From: Antedon mediterranea
Taxonomy: Eukaryota > Animalia > Echinodermata
Direction: 5' to 3'
NCBI RefSeq assembly: GCF_964355755.1
Contig: NC_092672.1
Coordinates: 9,052,001-9,116,000, forward strand
DNA length: 64,000 bases
The notes beneath the pieces were generated by a model. It was not told the DNA's origin and ran no database searches. It saw only the letters and a program-made list of their open reading frames with translations. Every line of letters begins with the position of its first letter. Within the stretch, counting starts at the first letter, position 1. Made by a program: the position numbers and the translations under genes. Positions 38,301 to 48,307 of this stretch are shown in pieces.

Positions 38301-41300
38301 AATTATCTTTAAATTAATTAAAACTTTATTTGCACGAGACTGATTAATAATCACTACAGTAATGATGGTAATAAAGGTACGCGTTGACACCGTAATCAAT
38401 GCATGACATACATTAAGAGCATATAGTGGTTGGGTAAACATTGTTATTTAACTACACTTATATTCTGTACTATTATAACCTATACGCCTAATATTTCAAA
38501 GTATGGAGTAATCTAGTTGAAAAAAATGCGCTATCATATCAGAAATACCATGTATGTTTGTGACAAGCCTGTGAAGTAAACATTCTAAAAACTCTAAATC
38601 TATTAAAATTTGACATAATGCTTTTAAACAGACATTTATTTACCAATGCCTTCACTTATTAATTCATTTACACGGATAATATTCGATCTTTAAACTAATG
38701 TTTCTGTTTGATTTTTTTTTTAACAGCAAAATGTCATAACAAGGATCATACATTTAAGATTACTGGAGGAGGTTGTAAGTATATCTGCTTTCACTACCAT
38801 ATTTGGGCATATCACTACCATATTTCACATCATACCTATTTTGTCTAGTTTGATAGTGTAGACAGAGCTTTAGACCATCTAATGCATGTGAAGGGTCCTC
38901 AGACCATTTCGATTTTGATCTTGTTCAACATAAAAATAATGTTAATAACTAACTAACATAACAGTGTTGTTTTTAATTAAATTTCGTGTGTGCAGGCATG
39001 AGAATACCGTAATTTAATATCGATTGATGGAGTTTAGATTACAGCAAACAAACCGTAGTTGCTTAGTCTTAAGTTTGTATCAATTTCATGAATGTTATTA
39101 AGTTTTCCACTGTACTTTGTTCTAAAACATTGCTCATTTAAAATAGATTGTCTCATCTTTTTCGTTAAAAAACCTATCTGGGCGGTTATCAATTCTATCC
39201 ATTGACATTTAAAAGTATAATACTATCTATCAGAGTCGTATCTCCATATAGGACAATATTTGTCCAGTAATCATAAGCAAATTCCGTATACAGCATATCA
39301 TGTATATCACATGGCTGCTTCATGAAAGGGTAAATGCTCTTCTCTGTGGTTAGAATAAGGTTAATGCAATGGTATTGATAGGCCTACAGGTGTCACATGT
39401 GAAATACATATATATGATAATATATACATGGATATGATAATGGACACATGTGGATGTAGTACTAAAATATCTGTTTAAAATCTCAGCTGAGGAATACGCA
39501 GAGTATTGGAATGATTTGGCGGAAGATGAGCTGGAAAAGGCGTTACGTGCGCAAAACCTTAATCAAAACATAGCAAAAAATGTTATATTATTCCTTGGAG
39601 ATGGAATGGGCGTAGCGACAGTGTCGGCAGGAAGAGTTTTTGTAGGGCAACTTGCAGGCAAAACGGGTGAAGAATTCCAACTATCATGGGAGACGTTTCC
39701 TCATGTCGCATTAAGTAAGGTAAGTTAGATAAGATTTGTTGCTTTAATTATACAGTACATTTGCCTACTTTTATAATACTGCCAGGTTTGAAAGAATAGT
39801 TTGTATACATAATCTACAAACGTGGACAAGGTAAGACAATAAAGCAAAATCTGATTCGGTCGATATACCTTAAGAGTGTTATATTTGTTAAAGTACATGC
39901 CATCTCATATGTATTGTTTGAATGTTCTATGCTGTGAGATTAGTTTTAATATACCGTCGTATAGTAATTAAATTTTTAAGGCGGTAGATTTTTTAATATT
40001 CTTGCAGAGAATCCTTACGTAGTTTTATATACTCAATAAATGTAAAGATACCTCCGTAATTTAACTCATTTTTTATTGTACAGACTTACAACACGGATGC
40101 CCAAGTTTCGGACTCAGCAGGAACCGCGTGTGCATTTTTGAGCGGCGTAAAAACGAAGGCAGGTGTGGTAGGCCTGGATGATCACGTGGAACGTGGAAGT
40201 TGTGCATCAACCGAATCAGCAGCAGTGGATTCAATTCTGCATCTAAGTCAAAGAGCAGGTTTGTTTAAGTTTGTATAGAGAGAGGTTTTGTGTTCGATAG
40301 ACTTTCGGACATGCAAAAGTAGCGTAAATATTAAGCTCTGGTTTTAAGGAAAGATTTAACTAATATTTCAATTTTATTTCTAGGAAAGTCGACTGGTATT
40401 GTTACAACTGCGCGGGTGACTCATGCCACGCCGTCTGCTGCATACGCAAGATGTCCAGATCGTGACTGGGAAAATAACAGTGACATACCAGAAGAAGAAG
40501 CTGCCTTGGGCTGCAAGGATATTGCTCTACAACTTATTGAAAATGCTACAGAGGTTCAGGTAAATTGTTAACCAATAGAATCACCAAAATCTCAAATATT
40601 GCTGATCTTACAATGATCAACGGCGACTCTACTTTGTTCCAAGCTTGGTTTTAACTTAACTCCGTACTGTAATTTGTGATCAACTCACGTGGGTTTTGCC
40701 TCCATATTGTTGTCCAAGTGGAAAACAATATTTAAATGTGTATACTACTGTATTTATGAAGTACTTGAATCTTAACAGCAACAACAGCGATGCAATCACA
40801 TACGACTAGTTACAATCAACACCATTTCTTCTTCTTGAGTAGGCCTATGTATCATTTTCTTTCAAATGACTAATGATTAAGGCTGTAGGCCTACTAGACA
40901 TTTGGACTTCAAAGCTTAATCTCAATAATCTTAAGAAATAAAAAGATACTACTTATTTATCTTTCAGGTTGTGTTGGGAGGTGGCCGACGTGAATTTACG
41001 CCAAACACCACAGCTGATCCTCAAAGTAAGGGATATTTTGGACAAAGGACAGACAAACGGAATCTCATCGACGAATGGGTAGCACTACGGCCAGAAGATA
41101 CCACACAATACGTTTATAATAAAGGCCAATTTGATGATATTGATGCTGAAAAGATAGATTATTTACTTGGTAGGTGTCTAAAACTTGATGATGTGATAAA
41201 GAGTTACAAATGAACAGTTAAAATAAACAAATCATGATAAATTAAGATTATTTTGAAACTATTATTTCTAAAATAATGTATTATTAAAAATATTAAGAAC

Positions 41301-43236
41301 ACCGTTTAGGATGGAATCGGCAAAACAAAGAACAGTTAAGAACTGTAATTAGCATGATGAACATGGTATACAACGAGCAAAACTCACTTGTGTTCAATTT
41401 GGGAAAATGAACAGCTTTACATTTGAAAAACCTCACACCTAAATGATCTATTTGTCTTTCTTTTCCTTTTTATAGGACTATTCGACCGTACACATATGGA
41501 TTACGAATCAGAGAGAGACACTTCAGACGACGGTGATCCATCGTTAGAAGAGATGACAGAAAAAGCGATTCAGATATTGAAAAAGAATGAAAAGGGATAT
41601 TTCCTCTTGGTTGAAAGTAAATAATGTTGTCAAATTAAATGCATTTGATATTTGATTTCGGGGTACTATAGCATGCATTGCAACATGGAGGATACACAAA
41701 ATAGGAATCCCTCCAAAAAGGTCTACACATTACAAGTTTTACGGTTAATAATCAAAAATTCAATTTGGCTGCAATGATTCACGTGATAGGCCTAGTGAAT
41801 ATATACATATGCCAATTAACAAATGTTTTATGAGTGGACATTTTTTATTTTTTGAAAAGATATGACTGACTCATGGAGGTTTGTTTTATTCACAACCGTA
41901 ATAGTAACTTCAATATTAAAATGGAAGAAAATAATGAACAGCTCGTGTAACGATAATTAACTATGCAATGGCAAGGATAGGTTTGTTATAAGAATCTAAA
42001 AGTACTATATTATTCTATACAAATGTATTAATTTAATTATGTAATGTTATTTAAATATTCAAGGTGGTCGAATTGACCATGCTCATCATGGAGGAAGGGC
42101 ATACGACGCATTGAATGAACTGAATCAATTCCATTTGGCTGTTGCTAAGGCGAAAGAGATGACAAGTGAAGACGACACATTACTTATTGTGACGGCAGAT
42201 CACAGCCACACGTTATCATTTGGTGGTTACCCTGACAGAGGAAATCCAATTCTAGGTAATAAAATGAAGCAACCATTTCTAACTCGCATACATTTTTTGC
42301 CAACATTTACCTGTTTATCATGGTTATCCAAATGGATTTTAAAGATGTCTAAACTGTTTTTATGTTTTCTTTCAGGTCTTGTAAATAATGACACCGGATC
42401 AGATGGATTACCATACACCACACTGGCGTATGCAAATGGTCCAGGTGGCAATCAAGTATTTGAATCGTACAATAAAACTGGTCAGCGACCAGATAACAGA
42501 GGAGTCGATACAGGTGAACTAAATTAATGTGTATTATATTTCTATTTTTTTTTTTTTTTTTAATAAAATTGTATTATTTGGGTGTGGTCAAAGACCATAC
42601 TAGAATCAAATCTGGAATATTTGTATCCATAATAATATATTTAATGTATTCAATACAGAATGTTAAATATTTTTCATAGCATTAATAGTAGGCCTGATTA
42701 ATGTTATTATTGCACATACTTTTGCCTAGTCCCGTGCCTAGGTTTATACCGCTATTATGAAATTACTTTCTTGTAGATATAGATCTCATTTCTTTTCACA
42801 AAACTCAATCTTTTTTTTTTCTCAATTGTTTGTTTCTAAGACCTCAAGGTAAAACAGGCCTTTCTTTTGTGAAATCCTACTTTAGATAAATAAATACAAT
42901 TATTGATTGCTTGTAGGTCCATCCACATTTTCTCTAATTATGTTTTTTTTTACAGAGGACAAAGACTATAAGCAAGACGCATTGGTTCCTAAAAGTTCTG
43001 AAACGCATGGCGGTGAAGATGTTGCAATCTACGCCAGCGGACCAATGGCTCACTTATTCCACGGTGTCCATGAACAAAACTACATCATGCATGTAATGAA
43101 GTACACCTCATGTGTTGGTTATAATAAAGAACATTGCGAGATCGTTGGCAGTGATGCCTCAGTACATTATCCAACATTCCTTACATTTATCATGTCTATC
43201 TCGGTACTATTGCTCAGAGGGTTTCTGGCCGAATAG
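29373..43236 (+). CDS. ALPL: Alkaline phosphatase, copy 4 (~547 aa with micro-exon), GPI-type C-terminus, ~9-10 kb first intron
   Basis: Signal-peptide exon 29373-29430 (alternative ATG 29367; homologous to exon 1 of the other copies), candidate micro-exon 38727-38774, then 39487-39719 (LGDGMG), 40084-40258 (VSDSAGTA), 40384-40559, 40968-41169, 41476-41616, 42064-42255, 42376-42513, 42956-43236. In frame with or without the micro-exon. Confidence 0.9.
31770..32140 (+). mobile_element. 3' relic of a LINE (CR1/L2-like ORF2 C-terminus) inserted into a MITE
   Basis: Translation RSIFIEGPTYWNKLQ..LKYNIKK resembles the GP..WN.LP C-terminal motif of LINE ORF2; it ends in AATAAA plus (GTT)n and is flanked by the two halves of an AAGCTCTGTCTACAC MITE. 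Confidence 0.5.
32434..32572. repeat. ~69-bp tandem duplication
   Basis: CGGAATTCCGTAGGGTATCCC...GTGTGCATCTTTC occurs twice in succession. Confidence 0.85.
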
Positions 43237-43432
43237 TAGGAGTACTGTACATGGAATGCTGTAGAATGTTTTGTATTCTATCAGTTTAGTATGTGTTTTG
43301 ACATTTCCAATTGATCAGATTGGTTCATAACTTAAAAGAGTTACATTCCTACTGTTTTATTCGAACAGAAAACAAGGTAAATGAAGGATTAGAAACCCTG
43401 AAGCTTTGGGAGTTTATATTATGTATACTATA

Positions 43433-43766
43433 AAGCTTGGTTCCAATTTGGACGACGTACGCACAACTTACTAAAGTGAGTTGACCAATCATAAGCGACA
43501 GTTCAGATGCTCGTGTCGTGATTGGTCAAATTACTTAAGCTTGGTTCCCACTAGAACGTAACGCAAGGACGTAAACGCAACGTAAGCGTTTTAACCAATG
43601 ACAAGCGAAGTTATAGACAGTTAGCAATCACAAGCGAATAAGTCATCGCTTGTGATTGGTCAATTCACTTGCGTTGCGTTACGTCCTTGCGTTGCGTCGC
43701 TAGTGGGAACCACGCTTTAGGCGAGTCTACGTCCTTGCGTTGCGTCCAAATAGGAAACCAAGCTTT
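43433..43766. mobile_element. Nested Harbinger-like MITEs 3' of ALP copy 4
   Basis: The outer element AAGCTTGGTTCC...GGAAACCAAGCTT contains an inner element 43538-43716 (AGCTTGGTTCCCACTAG...CTAGTGGGAACCACGCT) with a TTA target duplication. Confidence 0.8.
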
Positions 43767-44960
43767 AAAGACGATATATTTTCTAGAAAAAGTACCGTAT
43801 TTCGTAAAATTATTTGAAATATTCTGATAGAAATTTGACCGTATATTAAAGACAAAGATTTTTGTTGGTAGGTCCCTTAAGTGCCCTAATTGCCGAATAA
43901 AATGAATACAATAGACCTACTTTTATACACATGAAGCATCAATATCGGTGTTGTGTACTATGTACATGTTATGTATAAGTATTGCCCCAATTTGATAAGA
44001 AGTAGATTATAGAAATTATGGAGGTTTTTGCAACCTTACGATAATGAAAACGCAAAGGTATCTATATACGATATCATTATACTGCCAATAAATAATAATG
44101 TGCAGCACACAAAAGTATGAATACGATAAGAACCAAATAACAGAAACCAAAATAACATTCCTTATCATTTTGTTTTATTATACACAATAATGAATAATGC
44201 AGCGAAGTTTTGCAATTAGCATTCTTATCCTATATTTAAGATGATCTCTTAATAAAAACCAATGCAATATAGGCCCTATATATTTTTAAATGGCACGAAT
44301 GATTTTAATATAAATAATATAAGGTTGTGAAATGTTCTCCTGAGTCTTCAGTGAAAATATTCTGAATTAAAGTAGTATAATGCTAATGCAAAGTCCTTAA
44401 TAATTGATAACAATAACAATAATAAATATGTACACTGTTCCCGTAATAAATATTGTAGGTGGTTGATCATATCATCAACAAAAATGTATCCAATTGAATA
44501 CAGAATAAAATACAGATTTGGCACGACGACTGATTTTAATGTAAATATAAGGTTGCGAAATATCATCTTTCTTAATTTTGTCTTTAGTGTAAATATTCTA
44601 AAAAAATAAAATACAGTTAGTAGAAATGACATGTGGATATTCCTTGTCTCATTTATACAAATAATTCATGAAAGTCAAACAGTACACTGGTTGTGGTTCG
44701 TCGGTTCGAATCGTTCGTTTAAATGGAATCTCTTTCAGTTGAGAATATGAATAAAAATGGCAGTTTAAATATTATTGGCAGTTTTATTCCTAAATGCTCT
44801 CTATACCATACCCTATTGATATTTTGTATGTCTATGGACAATTATTATTATTCTTTGTTTTCTACTCTTATTCAGTCTCCTTTTGTTTTACTTCTGTTAT
44901 TCTTGTCCACCCAGGCAGCACTTGCCAGTTCTTATACTATGACGTTATCCAAATTCCTTC

Positions 44961-45006
44961 ACTTGCACTGATGAAGGGCTAGTGTTGCCCGAAAGCCCTG
45001 CCAACT
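44961..45006 (+). other. Degenerate minimal hammerhead-ribozyme motif of Penelope-like type
   Basis: TTGCA-CTGATGA-A-GGGC(tagtgtt)GCCC-GAAA-GC-CC-TGCCAA: core boxes and stem II intact, but the U of the cleavage triplet is replaced by C. Confidence 0.55.
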
Positions 45007-45142
45007 TTTCTGACTGTTTTACTTTATCGTTTTGATTATGCACAATTATATATATAAATAGCTCGATATACTTTTAAATATATAAAATTAAATATATTAA
45101 TTTACAATAACTACTATCCTCCGTCAAATAATGTGTTGTTGT

Positions 45143-47332
45143 TCAAACACGAGTGGCCGACGAAAAGAACCTAACCTCACTATCCATTGCACCTCTGTAA
45201 ATAATCTCCAGTTCATTCAGATCCAATTGGTATTTCTCAGCATAGACATCAATAAATCCTACAAGACTGCCACCAGTCCTGTTGCCAATAAGATTTTTCT
45301 TTATCCAGGAGCTGTAGACATTGGTGTCACTCTGAGAAGGAAAAAAAAGGAAAATGACAAAACAACACGTGTATTCTTCCTTGGGCCCGTTCAGACTTAA
45401 GTTCGACAAAAACTAACCAAAACGCTTTTCGTTTTACATTACGTTTTCTTTTTCATGTAAATATACATATTTCTATTAAAATACATACAAATTATTTCTA
45501 GGCCTAATATACATACTACAAAATAGAAACAAGTGAAAATTACTGTTTTTCATTGATTTTCTATTTTTTGTGTGGAAAATCGTCTGCCCCTATGACGTAG
45601 TGATATCGTAAAATACTTACGATTCCTGATTGTATTTCCGTAGCCAACCAACTCCATAACATGGAACACGGCAACATAGCAACAAGTAGGTAAAATGGAT
45701 GTTTAGTTTCGGCAACATTTCTTCCTAGTGTTATGTAAGTGCGAACTGCCTCTCCTAGTTTGATGGCTGTTGGGTCATTTAAATGCCAGTCTTCGAGTAT
45801 CGAACTCGCATATCTAGATGGTAACGTGTTTAAACACAGAATATCACGGTTGTCTATGTATCGCAATTATCCCGTCAAACCTTGTTATCTATTACACAAA
45901 TCGAACATTCATGATTGGTTGCGCATTAATTTGTTCGCATCACAAAAGTGATTACGCATGCGCATAAACCAACGCTTTCGATTCCTACGAATACATTTGA
46001 ATTTATGGAAAAAAAGCTTTAATGCAACCCAAGTAGTAGAGTTTGCTCTACAAATTAATAACATACAGTACATTAATTACGATATCTCATAAACTATATG
46101 GAATTTGTCAAAGTACTGATTATAAATCTACTACTACTGGCTTTCGTTGAATGTTGCTTTATGTTATTTATCCCTAATAGGCCTAAGAAAAAAATTAAAA
46201 TAAAAGTGTATAATATTGTAGGCTTAATAGTACTTACTCTTTCATCATATCTTTACGAGCTGTAAGAAAGTTCACCATTAAAATATCATTTTCATCTTCA
46301 GCCTTTATTTGTGCTACCTCAACCGTTTCTGCCGCTTGATAACAATAAACAGCATCTTGTAATGTATATTTACCTAACAATAACATAGAACATTATTTTC
46401 ATGTCATTTCATGCCAAATTAGCAACAACAACAAAAAGCCTAACACCGAAAACAGGTTTAAACTTTTAGCTGAATCGTCCATAAACATTCACAGACTCAA
46501 TCAAATAGTCCAGCTTTGAACCACGATCGTTGTACAGTATATACTTTTTTAGCCTATAAATCTTCCATGTTTGAAATTAGCATTAATTAGCATTAATTCT
46601 AAATACCAATGTGACATTGACTGTTTTAGACCTTTCAATATCTTTTCATCCATGGCAATGAAGCTAGTATGTCAAACATAATTACGAATTTAAAAAAAAT
46701 ATAAATTGTATTCTTATAAATAACACAATCCAAAAACAGGGTAGGCCTATGCGTGGTCAACTGTAAGTCTGGTATATTCGGGCATACTTTTAAGTACATT
46801 AGTAACTTTTGTCACAGGCCTATCATTAATATATCAAAATGTTTCGTTTGGTATTTTTTTTATATTTTTCTCTTCAGCCATGATTTTTCTGTGAATATAC
46901 GTCAGTACCGACAAAATGTTAAATCCGGTTTCGCACATAATGCATAATTGGCCCGTCATACCGTCATACGCAGTTAAAAGTTGAAACTTCGCCATGCCCA
47001 GCTAGCCAGGGGGCGAAAGAACCCGTCGGTTTTCACTTTTTTTAAAAGGATAACTCACCATATGATGTAGGATCTAGTAATCCAGACTGTATGCCTTGAA
47101 TAAAGTCAGTGTGTAAAGCTTCGTTAGCTTTATCTATATTTTTGTTCCACAAAATATTAGACAGACGTTTTGCGGGTAATGATGATGTGTTTTTTGTCGT
47201 TATGTCTAGGTCTAGGCCTAGTAGGCCTAGGCGTTGCCATTGACCACCTGCTGGCTTCACTGCTGCTGAAGAAGAAGGTATGTGTTGCCCTTCGCTTAAG
47301 CCTATTTTCCGAGACTTGTCTAAAACGGGCAT
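45143..47332 (-). CDS. tenA: TenA/THI-4/PqqC-superfamily protein, TenA_C (thiaminase II / aminopyrimidine aminohydrolase)-like, ~263 aa
   Basis: Exons 47332-47059, 46373-46238, 45813-45621, 45331-45143 (792 nt, phases 1/2/0 consistent). Motifs FIQGIQSGLLDP..YGKYTLQDAVYC, AMLPCSMLWSWLA, NVYSSWI and DSEVRFF match the TenA pattern (Asp, catalytic Cys, Tyr/Trp, Glu). The true start is uncertain. Confidence 0.85.
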
Positions 47333-48307
47333 TTTAAGTCGGGTGATTGGTTATAGTTCTGGGGGTATACTCATTATGGCTGAAAAATCAAGTGCAGGTC
47401 GGCTGCTAGTCGATTCGGTCTACAACCAAAGATTGTATAGCGCGGTCACAATAGTCTACTAATAAGAGGTACGAAACGGTCATGTTTATGGCGCGCCACT
47501 GTCGTCATAATGTACGTGGTTTATTTCTGCCAACTTCGCTGCCTAAAACTTAACTGTTGCTTGTTTAATCTTATATTAAGCAAAATCAAAAGGAACAGAC
47601 TTTCACACAATTTCCAACCATGTGACATTTTATTTTTTAACATCTTAATGCAATATAAATGCTATACATAATGTCAAATTCTTTTAACAATGCACGTAAC
47701 TAAAACTTTACAGATTATTGAATGAGATAAAACAAAATAAATAGGCGTAACACGTAAGCATATCAATATATATTAAAAATATTTACGTCAAGAACTCAAA
47801 GGAAATAAAACAATATTCAAATTGAAATGTATGAAAATTGGACGACGGCAGAAAATAGAATGTTTTGAAAAGATCGGTTTTGATTTAAAAAAACACAAAA
47901 ATAATTCAAACCATATACGAAATAGAAATTTAGTATTTTAACGCATTTTTATGAACTTGTAAACCAAGTGTAATGTATAACTGTTTATTGTGTCTTTTTA
48001 TAAACCGACATCATTAGTATTTTTGTTTGTTGTGTGAGTATGTGAGAGTGTGGGGGGGGGGAGGGGGGTGGGGTTTAAGGTGTTAGAATATTTATGTTTA
48101 AAAAAGTAAAGTGTAAGTAAAGATGTTATACATCTTTATTTTGTTCATTATTTGGTGACAATACATCATTAAATCTACACGACGAATTCCATTCATAAAG
48201 ATAAATTAAAGTGCCTTGATTTTTTTGGAGAAAAAAAAAGGCAGTTTTCACCTTTTACAAACGCCGATATTTAATTTTACAACCAACATAAATGCCAGCC
48301 CAGATCT

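Noticed and set aside
2600-43236. ALP copies as an assembly artefact (uncollapsed haplotypes)
   Set aside because: Most introns are unalignable between copies and the proteins differ at many sites, which indicates true paralogues.
45143-47332. TenA as bacterial contamination
   Set aside because: Three canonical phase-consistent spliceosomal introns and host-like composition, contiguous with host genes.
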